Positions 8,486 through 18,881 of a DNA stretch of 64,000 bases are shown in pieces. A program made the position numbers and the translations under genes. The stretch's first letter is position 1; each line of letters opens with the position of its first letter. The notes beneath the pieces are model-generated. The model was given only the letters and a program-made list of their open reading frames with translations. It ran no database searches and was not told the origin of the DNA. Source of the stretch: Syntrophorhabdaceae bacterium (lineage in GTDB: Bacteria; Desulfobacterota; Syntrophorhabdia; Syntrophorhabdales; Syntrophorhabdaceae). Where the stretch lies: positions 416,001 to 480,000 of the forward strand of contig CAXXUO010000001.1 in assembly GCA_963666485.2 (NCBI GenBank), written 5' to 3'.

Positions 8486-10530
8486 CGTTTTAATACCTCG
8501 CGGGGCTTTACTCCGTCGGACGGCCCGACGATGCCCTCCTGCTCCATACGCTCTATTATGCGGGCGGCCCTGTTGTACCCTATGCGGAACCGCCTCTGGA
8601 CCATGCTTATCGAGGCCTCACCTTTCTGCGACACAAATTCCACCGCTTCCTGGTATTTCTCGTCATCGAGGGCCTCGCCCTCGTCTTCCTCTTCCTTTTC
8701 CTCGAGTATCTCGTGATGATACGTCGGGGCGCCCTGCTGCTTCAAGAATTCCACGATCCTCTTGATCTCGCCTTCCGAGACGTACGAGCCGTGAAGCCGC
8801 TGAAGCCTGCCGATGCCGGGACTCAAGAACAGCATGTCGCCGTAGCCGAGAAGGCTCTCCGCGCCGTTCGTGTCCAATATGGTCCTTGAATCGACCTTCG
8901 AGAAGACCTTGCATGCCACGCGGGCGGGAAAATTGGCCTTTATGATACCCGTCAGGACATCGACGGACGGCCTCTGCGTCGCGAGGATGAGATGAATGCC
9001 CGACGCCCGGGCCATCTGTGCGAGCCGGGCGATATATTCCTCAACCTCCTTGGGGGAGACCATCATGAGGTCGGCAAGCTCGTCAATGACGACGACGATA
9101 TACGGCAGTGCCTCGCCTCCCTCGCGGGTTATTTTATGATTGTATTTCTCGATATTGCGCACGCCCTTCTGCGCCATCATGCCGTAGCGCCTCTCCATTT
9201 CGTCCGTCATCCATCGCAGGGCCGTCTTCGCGTTCCGGGCGTTCGTCACGACCGGCAGGAGAAGGTGCGGGATGCCCTCGTAAAAGGAGAGCTCGAGCAT
9301 CTTGAGGTCGATCATCAGGAAGCGGCAGTGGGCGGGGGTCGCCTTGAAGAGAACGCTCAGGATCATGCTGTTGAGCGAGACGGATTTCCCGGAACCGGTC
9401 GCGCCGGCGACGAGAAGGTGCGGCATTTTCGCCAGGTCCGCCACAAATGATTCTCCGGCTATTGTTTTTCCCAGCACCAGAGTGAGGTGCGATTGAGATG
9501 ACGAGAATGTCTTCGATTCGATTATCTCCCGGATATACACCGTTTCCCGGTCCTTGTTCGGTATCTCGATGCCGACGACCGCCTTTCCCGGTATCGGGGC
9601 GATGATCCGTATCGAGACCGCGCTCAAGGCCATGGCGAGATCGTCGGACAGGTTGGATATCTTGCTTACCTTGACGCCCGGCGCCGGCTCGAATTCGTAC
9701 ATGGTGATGACAGGGCCGGGCCTGACCTCCGTGACCCGCCCGTCGATCCCGTAGTCTTTCAGCTTCTTTTCGAGGATCGATGCGTTGGCCTGGATGGAGT
9801 CCTTGTCTATCTTCGTCTCTTTTTTCTCTATGGTATCGAGCAGCGACGTGTCGGGAAGCTTGTACGGCCCGATCTCTTTGAAAAATTCAAATGTTTCCTG
9901 GACGGCGGCGGCGGCTTTCTTTTCCGCCGGTTTTGCTGCCGGAGGCTCGTCCTCTTTTTTCTCCTGCGTCACTTTTATTTCACGCCGGCGCTCGGCCTTC
10001 TTGCGCCTCGCGATGCGGTCTTCGATGATCCCCAGGATCGGGGCCTGCACGATCAGGAAGGCAGATATCAAAAGGAGGACGACTGCGATGAGAATGGTAC
10101 CGAACCTGCCGAAAAAGTTCATGAGCGCCTTCTCGAGGATCGATCCGAGAAAACCCGAGAATTCGAGCGGCATGCCCCGAAGGTGTATTCTGCCTATCAG
10201 CACCTGGAGGAGCATGCCAATCGAAAGAAAGAACATCACGAGGCCGGACGAGAAGACGATGATACTGGGCGGGTCCTTTTTCCTGACGTAAAATATCCCG
10301 AAAACAAGGGCGAACGAGATGAGGACATAGCTCATCAGCCCGACCAGCTGGATCAGTACATCCGAAATGTACGACCCCGCCTTGCCGCACAGGTTGCGGG
10401 CCGACGTGTCTGTTACCGTGTGGAACGACGGGTCGAGGGGATGATAGGACAGCAGGCTGACAAAAAGGAAGAGGAACACCCCGATCAGGGCCACGCCGAG
10501 CATTTCTTTTTTCAGATCAGACAGGTTCAT
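8482..10530 (-). CDS. ftsK: DNA translocase FtsK
   Basis: 4TM N-terminus, MPHLLVAGATGSGKSV, IDELADLMM, ATQRPSVDV, and a gamma domain (RIGYNRAARIIE). Confidence 0.95.
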   Translation of the reverse strand: MNLSDLKKEMLGVALIGVFLFLFVSLLSYHPLDPSFHTVTDTSARNLCGKAGSYISDVLIQLVGLMSYVLISFALVFGIFYVRKKDPPSIIVFSSGLVMFFLSIGMLLQVLIGRIHLRGMPLEFSGFLGSILEKALMNFFGRFGTILIAVVLLLISAFLIVQAPILGIIEDRIARRKKAERRREIKVTQEKKEDEPPAAKPAEKKAAAAVQETFEFFKEIGPYKLPDTSLLDTIEKKETKIDKDSIQANASILEKKLKDYGIDGRVTEVRPGPVITMYEFEPAPGVKVSKISNLSDDLAMALSAVSIRIIAPIPGKAVVGIEIPNKDRETVYIREIIESKTFSSSQSHLTLVLGKTIAGESFVADLAKMPHLLVAGATGSGKSVSLNSMILSVLFKATPAHCRFLMIDLKMLELSFYEGIPHLLLPVVTNARNAKTALRWMTDEMERRYGMMAQKGVRNIEKYNHKITREGGEALPYIVVVIDELADLMMVSPKEVEEYIARLAQMARASGIHLILATQRPSVDVLTGIIKANFPARVACKVFSKVDSRTILDTNGAESLLGYGDMLFLSPGIGRLQRLHGSYVSEGEIKRIVEFLKQQGAPTYHHEILEEKEEEDEGEALDDEKYQEAVEFVSQKGEASISMVQRRFRIGYNRAARIIERMEQEGIVGPSDGVKPREVLKR

Positions 10531-11282
10531 ATACTCTTATGACGCCCTGCCGGTGCCGTTCCGGTCCCGGCCTTGACTGATACCCCCCTTGCCATGAGGG
10601 CCTCTATGTTAACCCTCACATCATCCATCACGCGCGTCTTCTGCGACCGGTCCATGCCCTCGAGGACCATGGGGTCACCGATCTCGATGTATATTACCCC
10701 TTTTTGACGGGGAAGAGAACTGCCTTTTGGCTGGAGCACGCTCGAACCGTAAATACCGATGGGAACGACCGGGACCATCGCGCGCAGCGCAAGGGTGAAG
10801 CCTCCCTTTTTGAAGGGCAGGAGCTGGCCGTCGGCGCTTCGGGTGCCTTCGGGAAAAATGATAATGTTGGTCCCTTCCCGTATCTTCCGCGATGCCTCTT
10901 CAATCGCCTTGAGCGCTTCACGCGCATTTTCACGGTCAATGCTGATGTAGCCCGCTTTTTTCATTGCCCAGCCGACAACCGGGATCGAGAAGAGCTGCCT
11001 TTTCGCGATCCATTTAAAGGAAAGGGGCAGCCAGGCGAGCAGCGCGTAGATATCCAGGGCGCTTTGATGATTGCACATAAAGACGTAGGGTGGTGACATG
11101 ATGCGCTCAAGGCCGTCGACCCTGACCTCTATCCCTGCGACGGCGAGATACATACGCGCCCAGGCGCGGGCAAGACGGTGGATGGTCTCCTGGCAGTCGC
11201 CGAACAGCGCGATGAAGAGCGCAAAAAAGGACATGGTGAACGTCGAGGTGGCGAGCCATACGGCGGCGGCGGCCTTTCTCAT
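10527..11282 (-). CDS. plsC: 1-acyl-sn-glycerol-3-phosphate acyltransferase
   Basis: NHQSALD, FPEGTRS and PFKKGGF motifs. Confidence 0.9.
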   Translation of the reverse strand: MRKAAAAVWLATSTFTMSFFALFIALFGDCQETIHRLARAWARMYLAVAGIEVRVDGLERIMSPPYVFMCNHQSALDIYALLAWLPLSFKWIAKRQLFSIPVVGWAMKKAGYISIDRENAREALKAIEEASRKIREGTNIIIFPEGTRSADGQLLPFKKGGFTLALRAMVPVVPIGIYGSSVLQPKGSSLPRQKGVIYIEIGDPMVLEGMDRSQKTRVMDDVRVNIEALMARGVSVKAGTGTAPAGRHKSI

Positions 11283-12055
11283 CGAACGAGGCCCTCGAGG
11301 GCGTCTACGATCCCGGTTATCTCCGTCCGGACCACCTGATCAATATCATATGGGGATATTCCCTTCCTGTCGGCTTCGGCTATCTTCTCGTTCTGAGACA
11401 CGTAGCCGAGGATGGGAAGGTCCCCGAGATTTTCCCGGATAAAATCCTTGTCTTCAAGACCGTTTATTTTATTCCCCACCACGTAAACTTTTTTTATGCC
11501 GATATCATCGGCGAGCTTTTTTACCTGCCGGGCCGTCTTGAAGCTCCGCCTGCCGGGTTCGACGACGACAATGAGGGCGTCGATATATTCGGTGGTACCC
11601 CTGCCTAAATGTTCGAGCCCCGCCTCGAGATCGACTACGACGTATTCATCGCGTTCGATCATGACGTGGGACAAGAGGCTTCTCAAAAGGGCGTTCTCCG
11701 CGCAAAAGCAGCCGCCCCCGCCCTGGGGGATGCTCCCGAGAACGATGAGGCGGACGCCTTCCCTCGTCAGGGAAAACCTCTCGGGTATGTCATCGACACG
11801 GGGGTTCAGCTTGAAGAAGGAACCGTATTCCCCCTTTTTCGCCCCGGTCCTTTCGGCTATGAACTCCTCCATCGATGCCAGGGGCTTTATCTCGCTCACA
11901 CTCTTTTCATCGATCCCGATCGCGCTCGCGAGGTTTGAATCGGGATCGGCATCGATCGCGATCATCTTCTTGCCGCGATCGGCGAGGATCCGCGCCATGA
12001 CACCCGCAAGCGTCGTCTTTCCCGCTCCACCTTTCCCTGAAACAGCTATCTTCAT
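11279..12055 (-). CDS. cooC: CooC/AcsF-type nickel-insertion ATPase
   Basis: MKIAVSGKGGAGKTT, DADPDSNL, GGGGCFC (CxC) and DLEAGLEHLGRGT. Confidence 0.85.
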   Translation of the reverse strand: MKIAVSGKGGAGKTTLAGVMARILADRGKKMIAIDADPDSNLASAIGIDEKSVSEIKPLASMEEFIAERTGAKKGEYGSFFKLNPRVDDIPERFSLTREGVRLIVLGSIPQGGGGCFCAENALLRSLLSHVMIERDEYVVVDLEAGLEHLGRGTTEYIDALIVVVEPGRRSFKTARQVKKLADDIGIKKVYVVGNKINGLEDKDFIRENLGDLPILGYVSQNEKIAEADRKGISPYDIDQVVRTEITGIVDALEGLVR

Positions 12056-12127
12056 CTCTTCCTTCGATGAAAAGGTATCATCCTTTGTAAAGCGTTGTCA
12101 ATGCTGGCTAAATCAGGCTTTTCGCAA

Positions 12128-13171
12128 TCACTTCAGGCCGTTTTCCCCGCCGGATACGTGCTCCACGAGAAGTTCCTTCTCCTCGGGGGTCGCGATGATG
12201 ATCAGGCTCATTTCGCCTTCTATGATCGTATCCGGGTACGGGTTGTAGACCCATTCACCGCTCTTCTTACGGGCCGAGATCAGCATAAGGTTGCCTATCA
12301 TCTTGAAATCGATGTCCTTCACCGGTCTGCCGATGAACGGGGAATCGGCCGGGACATGGACCTCCTCCACCCTCATGGGAGAGTACTTGTCGCGGAGCAT
12401 CATGTCGAGGAATGAGGTAACGTGGGGGCGTATCATCTCGGACGCCATCCTCAGGCCGCCGATAAAGTTAAGCGCAACGACCGAATCGGCCCCTGCCCTT
12501 TTCAATTTGTCGATATTTTTCGTATCGTTGCAGCGCGATACGATCCTGAGCTTCGGGTTCAGCTGCCGGGCGGTCAGTGAAATAACGATGTTGTCGTTGT
12601 CGGAGTCGGTTGTCGCATAAAGCCCCTGGGCATGCTCGATCATGGCCTTCCAGAGGATCTCGTTCTCCGTCGCGTCGCCGACGACCAGGTCCGCATCGAT
12701 ATTGTTCGCCTTGAACACGTCCATCTTCAATTCATCATGGTCTATGGCAACGAAGGGTCGCTTTGTCAGGTACATTTCATGGACAACATAGAGGCCGACC
12801 ATCCCTATGCCGCACACGATATAATGGTCACGCATCTTGCCGATCCTGTTTTCCATTTTCCTCCTCCTGAAAACCTTCCTCAGTTCGCCTTCTATAATGT
12901 ATGCGGCAAGCGTGGTAAAGAGATATGCGATCGCACCCGCCCCGATGAAAACGTAGATAATGGTGAATATTTTGCCGAGAGGGTGGTGTTCGACGCCGAT
13001 GATGTCCCCGTAGCCGACGGTCGTGATCGTAATGGCTGTCATGTAAAGCGCGTCAAGGAAGCTCTTCTCGGGGCCACCTATGATCTTGAACCCGATCGTG
13101 CCGGTCGCGATCACGATCAGGATGATCCCCATGATATTGCGGAGCTTTTTCGGAATTATCTTGAAAAACAT
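12128..13171 (-). CDS. Potassium channel protein (2TM pore + RCK/TrkA-N + TrkA-C)
   Basis: TTVGYGD selectivity filter and HYIVCGIGMVG Rossmann motif. Confidence 0.9.
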   Translation of the reverse strand: MFFKIIPKKLRNIMGIILIVIATGTIGFKIIGGPEKSFLDALYMTAITITTVGYGDIIGVEHHPLGKIFTIIYVFIGAGAIAYLFTTLAAYIIEGELRKVFRRRKMENRIGKMRDHYIVCGIGMVGLYVVHEMYLTKRPFVAIDHDELKMDVFKANNIDADLVVGDATENEILWKAMIEHAQGLYATTDSDNDNIVISLTARQLNPKLRIVSRCNDTKNIDKLKRAGADSVVALNFIGGLRMASEMIRPHVTSFLDMMLRDKYSPMRVEEVHVPADSPFIGRPVKDIDFKMIGNLMLISARKKSGEWVYNPYPDTIIEGEMSLIIIATPEEKELLVEHVSGGENGLK

Positions 13172-13314
13172 GGCTCATTATAGCACGGAGCATTATTTCA
13201 GGGAATATTATTAAGAAATTTTCCGGGGTCTTGACGCAGGTAGCCCGGTGTCTTATTTTCTGTATGTTGTTTTTCCCAGAATCGTAAAACTAAGCAATAC
13301 GAGGAGATCCGAAA

Positions 13315-15222
13315 ATGACTAGCGAGCGCATGGAATTCAGGACAGAGGTCAAACAGCTTCTCGATCTCATGATCCATTCTCTCTATTCCCACAAGGAAGT
13401 GTTCTTACGGGAGCTGATATCCAACGCTTCGGATGCCATCGACCGGGCCCGTTATGAATCCCTCACCAACAGCACCATCCTCGAGGGCGGCGGGGCATGG
13501 AAGATAAAAATCAGCCTCGACAAGGACGCGGGCACGCTGACGGTCAGTGACAACGGCATCGGCATGGACCATGACGAAATAATAGAATCCTTAGGGACCA
13601 TCGCCCGCTCCGGCACGAAGGAGTTCCTGGAGGCCCTGAAACGGGAAGATGTGAAGGACAACCCGGAATTGATCGGCCAGTTCGGCGTCGGTTTCTATTC
13701 GTCCTTCATGGTGGCGGACAAGATCACGGTCATGTCGCGCCGCGCAGGGACAAAGGACGACAAAGCGATCAAGTGGGAATCGACCGGCGACGGCACCTTC
13801 ACGGTCGAAGAGGTAAAGAAGGATACCCGCGGCACCGATGTCGTCCTCCATCTGCGTGAAGAAGAAAAGATCTATGTGAGCGAATGGGAGATCCGCAGCG
13901 TCGTCAAGAAATATTCCGACTTTATCGAGCACCCCGTTGTCATGGATGTCGAGAAGGAAGTCGACAGCGAGATCAAAAAGGGTGAAAAGGTAAAGATAAA
14001 AGAGGAAGAGACGCTCAATTCGATGAAGGCGCTGTGGCTCAAGGACAGGTCCGAGGTCACCGACGAGGAATACAACGATTTCTACAAGCACATATCCCAC
14101 GATTTCCACCCGCCGGCAAAGGTCATCCACTACAGGGCCGAGGGCACGTCTGAATTTGCCGCGCTCATGTTCGTGCCGTCGATAGCCCCCGTCAACATGC
14201 TCTACCGCGATTTCAAGTACGGCCCGATGCTGTACGTGAAAAGGGTCCGCATCATGGACCATTGCGAAGAACTGCTGCCGCAGTACCTGCGTTTCGTCCA
14301 GGGCATCGTCGATTCGTCCGACCTTCCGCTCAACGTATCGCGCGAGATCCTGCAGAACAACCGGCAGGTCGATATCATCAAGAATTCCGTGACGAAGAAG
14401 ATCATCGATACATTCGAGGAGATGAAGGAAAAGGAATACGACGAATACCTGAAGATCTACAAGGAATTCGGCCGCGTCCTGAAAGAGGGTATCCACTTCG
14501 ATTTCTCCCGCAGGGAAACGATCGCGGACCTGCTGCTTTTCGCGACCACCAAATCGGATGACGGTAAATTCAGGACCCTCAAGGAATATGTCGACGACAT
14601 GAAGGAAGGTCAGGAAGACGTCTACTACATTGTGGGCTCGTCACTCACGGACGCCGCGAACTCGCCCTACCTGGAGGCGTTCCGGCAGAAGGGCTTCGAG
14701 GTCATCTTTATGACCGACGACATCGACGACTTCATCTTTAACGGCTTCGAGTACAAAGGCAAGAAGTTCCACTCGATCACACGCGGCGACATAACGCTCG
14801 ACAAGGAAAAGACCGTTCAGATCGAGGAGACCCGGAAAAAATATGAAAAGCTCATCGATCTCATCAAAGGCACGCTGGCGGAGGATGTCAAGGACGTGAG
14901 GCTCTCCGGCAGGCTTACCGATACGGTCTGCTGCCTCGTTGCCGACGAGGGCGACCTCGACCCCACAATGGAGCGCCTCTTGAAAGCCATGGGCCAGGAC
15001 GTGCCTCCCATGAAGCGGATACTCGAGCTCAACCCGACCCACCCCCTCTTCGCCGCCATGAACAAGGCCTTTGAGCAGGACGAACACAGCGAAGAGCTTA
15101 AAGACTACATACGCCTGCTGTACGATCAGGCCCTCGTCCTCGAAGGCTCGAAGCCCAAGGACCCTGCGGCATTTTCGAAGGCGATAGCGAAATTGATGGT
15201 GGAAGCGGCGAATAAAACGTAA
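13315..15222 (+). CDS. htpG: Molecular chaperone HtpG (Hsp90)
   Basis: YSHKEVFLRELISNASDA, DNGIGM, IGQFGVGFYS and DLPLNVSREILQ. Confidence 0.97.
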   Translation: MTSERMEFRTEVKQLLDLMIHSLYSHKEVFLRELISNASDAIDRARYESLTNSTILEGGGAWKIKISLDKDAGTLTVSDNGIGMDHDEIIESLGTIARSGTKEFLEALKREDVKDNPELIGQFGVGFYSSFMVADKITVMSRRAGTKDDKAIKWESTGDGTFTVEEVKKDTRGTDVVLHLREEEKIYVSEWEIRSVVKKYSDFIEHPVVMDVEKEVDSEIKKGEKVKIKEEETLNSMKALWLKDRSEVTDEEYNDFYKHISHDFHPPAKVIHYRAEGTSEFAALMFVPSIAPVNMLYRDFKYGPMLYVKRVRIMDHCEELLPQYLRFVQGIVDSSDLPLNVSREILQNNRQVDIIKNSVTKKIIDTFEEMKEKEYDEYLKIYKEFGRVLKEGIHFDFSRRETIADLLLFATTKSDDGKFRTLKEYVDDMKEGQEDVYYIVGSSLTDAANSPYLEAFRQKGFEVIFMTDDIDDFIFNGFEYKGKKFHSITRGDITLDKEKTVQIEETRKKYEKLIDLIKGTLAEDVKDVRLSGRLTDTVCCLVADEGDLDPTMERLLKAMGQDVPPMKRILELNPTHPLFAAMNKAFEQDEHSEELKDYIRLLYDQALVLEGSKPKDPAAFSKAIAKLMVEAANKT

Positions 15223-15424
15223 GGCGTGAGAGCGTAAGGCGTAAGGCGTTTTCCTCTTATCGTCATACCGGCGAAGGCCGGTATCCAGTATCGTTTCTTA
15301 ATTGAGACCGGGGTCACGGCATCTTATTCAACCCTGGATTCCGGCCTTCGCCGGAATGACGGCACTACTTATACGAAAAAATATAGACGGGGTGAGGGAA
15401 ACCGTCAGCCGTCAGCCGTTAGCC
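15218..15424. repeat. Composite repeat region: heptamer arrays (CGTAAGG; CCGTCAG) flanking an inverted pair of CGTC-type REP palindromes
   Basis: cgtcataccggcgaaggccggtatccag (15261-15288) and ctggattccggccttcgccggaatgacg (15334-15361), between convergent htpG and dnaJ. Confidence 0.8.
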
Positions 15425-15433
15425 GGCCCCTAT

Positions 15434-16531
15434 TTATTCAAAGAACTCCATAAACTTCTCTTTAAACCCCTTCCTCGTTTTCGGCGAGGTATCTTTGAAT
15501 TCCTCGGCCATCTCCTCTACGAGGCTCTTCTGGCGGTCGGTCAGTTCCGTCGGTATGACGATGTTGAGGTAGACGAGCTGGTCTCCCCTGCCGTACGAGT
15601 TCGCTTTATTGACGCCGAGGCCTTTCAGCCTGAAAACCTTGCCCTGCTGGGTGCCGGGCGGGACCTTCAGAATGGACTCGCCTTCTATGGTGGGTATCTT
15701 TATCTCTCCGCCGAGGCATAGCAGGGGGAACCCCACGTCGACCTGGACCACGATGTCATCGCCTGCCCGCTCGAATACGGGATGTTCCTTGACCTGCAGC
15801 ACGACGAAAAGGTCGCCGGGGATGGTGTCCCCGAACTGCTGCATCCCTTCGCCGCGCAGCTTGAGCCGTGTGTTGCCGTCGACACCGGGCGGGATCTTCA
15901 CCTTGAGTTTCCGCTTGGTCTTGACGCTTCCCCTGCCCTTGCAGTTCTTGCAGGGGTTCTTTATTATCTTTCCCTCACCGCCGCAGTATTCGCATGTCCG
16001 GTTGATCGTGAAGAAACCGTGGCTTTGCCGGACCTGGCCCCTGCCCCCGCAGTACTTGCAGGCAATGGGCTCGTGACCGGGCTCCACGCGCGAGCCGTTG
16101 CAAACGGGGCACCTTTCTTCCTTGGGTATCTCGATCTCTTTTTCACCACCGAATACAGCCTCTTCAAACTCAATGGTCAGGTTATACCTGAGGTCGCTGC
16201 CCTTTCTCTGGCGTGGCCTCTGATTCCCGAAGAAATCGCTGAAAAGGTCATTGAAAACGGAATCGAAATTTCCCTGGAACCCGAAATCAAACACGGAGCC
16301 CATGTCGCCGGCGGTGCCGAAGCGCTCGTAGTGGCTCCTCTTCTGGGCATCTCCGAGGACCTCGTAGGCCTCGTTTATTTCTTTAAATTTTTCTTCGGCC
16401 TTGTGGTCGCCGGGATTGCGGTCAGGGTGATATTGAAGTGCAAGCTTTCGGTACGCCTTCTTTATCTCTTCGTCGGTAGCCTCGCGCGATACGTTGAGGA
16501 CCTCGTAGTAATCCACGTGCGTGCGTCTCAT
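15434..16531 (-). CDS. dnaJ: Chaperone DnaJ
   Basis: J-domain HPD motif, four CxxCxGxG repeats, and a C-terminal substrate-binding domain. Confidence 0.97.
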   Translation of the reverse strand: MRRTHVDYYEVLNVSREATDEEIKKAYRKLALQYHPDRNPGDHKAEEKFKEINEAYEVLGDAQKRSHYERFGTAGDMGSVFDFGFQGNFDSVFNDLFSDFFGNQRPRQRKGSDLRYNLTIEFEEAVFGGEKEIEIPKEERCPVCNGSRVEPGHEPIACKYCGGRGQVRQSHGFFTINRTCEYCGGEGKIIKNPCKNCKGRGSVKTKRKLKVKIPPGVDGNTRLKLRGEGMQQFGDTIPGDLFVVLQVKEHPVFERAGDDIVVQVDVGFPLLCLGGEIKIPTIEGESILKVPPGTQQGKVFRLKGLGVNKANSYGRGDQLVYLNIVIPTELTDRQKSLVEEMAEEFKDTSPKTRKGFKEKFMEFFE

Positions 16532-16584
16532 TCACTGCCTTTCTTTGTATTACCGGATAGAAAAAATGCCTTCTTTCGCTACTT

Positions 16585-17205
16585 TTAGTTTTCGGTTTCA
16601 GGTCTTTTTGAAACACCCACCCGGGATGGCCTGATCAGCCTGTCATTGAGCAGGTATCCCCTCTGGAGCTCCGAGACAACGGTATCAGGTTCGACATCGT
16701 CATGTTCCTCCTGGAACATGGCCTCATGATAATTGGGATCGAACTTCCGGCCCATCGCCTCGACCGGTTTTACGCCGGCCTTTTCAAGGACCTTGAGAAA
16801 TTCGCTCAATATCAATTTAACCCCGTCATGGATAGACTTGTAGTCCTCGGTTGACTCTGAATGTTTCAGTGCCAGCTCGAAATTGTCAAGAACGGGGAGA
16901 AGCTCCTTGATGAGCGTTTCATTCCCGAACTTCAGGGTATCCTGCTTCTCTTTTATCTTGATCTTCTTGAAATTCTCGAAATCGGCCTGCATGTAAAGAA
17001 TGCGGTCTTCGAGGGATTTTATCTTCGCATCTTTTTCCTCGATCTCCTTCCTTACCTCTTCGGGAAGATCCTCTTTTTTCTTCTTCTTTTTATGGTCTTC
17101 GTGTTTATGGTCTTCGTGCTTATGGTGATGACCTTTCTCCCCGGGCGCCTCTTCCGGCGTGTGTTCGTTCTGTTCAGCGTTCAGGTCTTTATTTTTTTCG
17201 TTCAT
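16585..17205 (-). CDS. grpE: Nucleotide exchange factor GrpE
   Basis: ADFENFKK, LLPVLDNFE, FDPNYHEA and GYLLNDRLIRPSRV. ATG 17205 is preceded by GAGGA. Confidence 0.95.
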   Translation of the reverse strand: MNEKNKDLNAEQNEHTPEEAPGEKGHHHKHEDHKHEDHKKKKKKEDLPEEVRKEIEEKDAKIKSLEDRILYMQADFENFKKIKIKEKQDTLKFGNETLIKELLPVLDNFELALKHSESTEDYKSIHDGVKLILSEFLKVLEKAGVKPVEAMGRKFDPNYHEAMFQEEHDDVEPDTVVSELQRGYLLNDRLIRPSRVGVSKRPETEN

Positions 17206-17216
17206 TGCCAGATTCC

Positions 17217-18260
17217 TCACATTGTATTGAATAGATCCGTCACTGCCCGGGCAGTGTAGCCGACAATGGGGATAAGACGCGAATAGTCCATTCTCATAGG
17301 CCCTATGATGCCGAGAATCCCGTAGCTGTCACGATCGATCCTGTATGCGGACGCGATGATGCTCATTTCCTCCATGCCCTTCATGTCGTTCTCGCTTCCG
17401 AGAATAACATTTATGCCTTCCTTGCTCTGGTATTGATCGAGCAGGTGCATAAGCCGCTCCTTGTTCTCGAGGGCCTTGAACAGTTCCTTGAGTTTCTCGA
17501 CATCGGAAAACTCGGGGATGCCGATCATCTTCGATGCCCCTTCTATGTATACTTCACGCTCGTCTTCATCACCGACGAGCATGTCGAGGGTGTCCTGTAT
17601 CTTCTGGTACAGGTTCCGGAAGGTCTCCCTGTCCCTGTGAATGTCCTGAATGATGTGTTCTTTCATCACGTGAAAGGGCAAACCGGAGAACCGCTCGTTC
17701 ATATAGTGTTTCATATCGTCGAGCGTGCCCTGCTTGATATCTTCGCTCGTATCGACAAACCTCCTGTGCACCATCCCCGATGTGGTCACAAAAACGATGA
17801 GGATGGTGTACTGCGACATCCTGACAAACTCCACTTCCTTGAAGAGCATGGTCTCGACCCGCGGCTCTACCACGATGCTCGGAAATCGTGCGATGGCAGC
17901 GAGAATGCGCGAAGCGTCCGCCATCACCTCTTCGGTGTACGCATAGCGGATCCGCGACATGGTCTCGAGCGCCCTGAGCTCTTTCTTCCCGGGAAGGCCC
18001 GGGACGGGCAGGCTGTTGACGTAGTATCGAAAGGCCTTCGGCGTCGGAACGCGGCCTGCCACCGCGTGGGGCTTGTAGAGAAACCCCAGTTCCTCGAGTT
18101 CGCCCATGATGCTCCGGATCGTGGCCGAGCTCACTTTTTTCTTCATCAATTTTGCTATCGTTGTCGAGCCTACAGGCTCGGCATACACGATATAGTTCTC
18201 CACGATGAGCTCGAGGACAGACCTGTCTCGTTCATTCAAAATATCGCTCAACCCTTTCAT
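17217..18260 (-). CDS. hrcA: Heat-inducible transcription repressor HrcA
   Basis: EPVGS, SSATIR, GRVPT and GIIGPMRMDY. Confidence 0.93.
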   Translation of the reverse strand: MKGLSDILNERDRSVLELIVENYIVYAEPVGSTTIAKLMKKKVSSATIRSIMGELEELGFLYKPHAVAGRVPTPKAFRYYVNSLPVPGLPGKKELRALETMSRIRYAYTEEVMADASRILAAIARFPSIVVEPRVETMLFKEVEFVRMSQYTILIVFVTTSGMVHRRFVDTSEDIKQGTLDDMKHYMNERFSGLPFHVMKEHIIQDIHRDRETFRNLYQKIQDTLDMLVGDEDEREVYIEGASKMIGIPEFSDVEKLKELFKALENKERLMHLLDQYQSKEGINVILGSENDMKGMEEMSIIASAYRIDRDSYGILGIIGPMRMDYSRLIPIVGYTARAVTDLFNTM

Positions 18261-18271
18261 ACTGATACAAT

Positions 18272-18300
18272 AAGTTAATTATCCCGGCTGTCTTTGTCAA
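18272..18300 (-). promoter_or_regulatory. Possible sigma70-type promoter of hrcA
   Basis: TTGACA-17 nt-TAACTT on the minus strand, 11 nt before the hrcA ATG. Confidence 0.35.
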
Positions 18301-18339
18301 GAAATTGGATTAAATACAACAAATTAAGGAATGAAGGCC

Positions 18340-18762
18340 TTACGCGGTTATCTCGAACGTCGACGTTTGCGAGCCCCGGAACGAACTTGCCTCGCTGTAC
18401 CTCTTCATGGCATACCGGTTGATCTGCACATCGTAGGGACCAAACGACCTCGTACTCTGAATGGTTTCGCTACTTAATGACATACCGGCAGCCGCGGCGG
18501 CAGGGTTCACATCGGGCAGTCCGGCGACGCCGGCTTCGGAGACAGGCATCCGGGCGGGTAACTGGTCCCCCTGCAAGGAGGTGTCGGACCGTTTCGACGA
18601 GATGGTGACCTGGTCCCCGCTAAATGCAACGACGAATGACGGGACGGTCTGTTGAGAAGCCCCTTCCTCGCGTTCGCGCCGGGATTGGGCGGTGCCCTGC
18701 GAACGGGACAGTACGGGCAGGCTATTTGCCGACCAGTCATCACGCGCAACTATACCGTTCAT
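18340..18762 (-). CDS. Hypothetical low-complexity protein
   Basis: Fills the gap between hrcA and nudC. Ser/Gln-rich with a DQVTIS motif. Start uncertain. Confidence 0.5.
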   Translation of the reverse strand: MNGIVARDDWSANSLPVLSRSQGTAQSRREREEGASQQTVPSFVVAFSGDQVTISSKRSDTSLQGDQLPARMPVSEAGVAGLPDVNPAAAAAGMSLSSETIQSTRSFGPYDVQINRYAMKRYSEASSFRGSQTSTFEITA

Positions 18763-18881
18763 TTCCAAAATTGTAACACGTATTACATATGAATACCAGA
18801 AAAATATAATATTGTACCCTGACAAAGTCATGTCCGGTGCGTTGTTCTTGACTTTCGGATGCCCATGAAGTATCTGATTTC

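Noticed and set aside
18260..18340. CIRCE operator upstream of hrcA
   Set aside because: No match to TTAGCACTC-N9-GAGTGCTAA was found.
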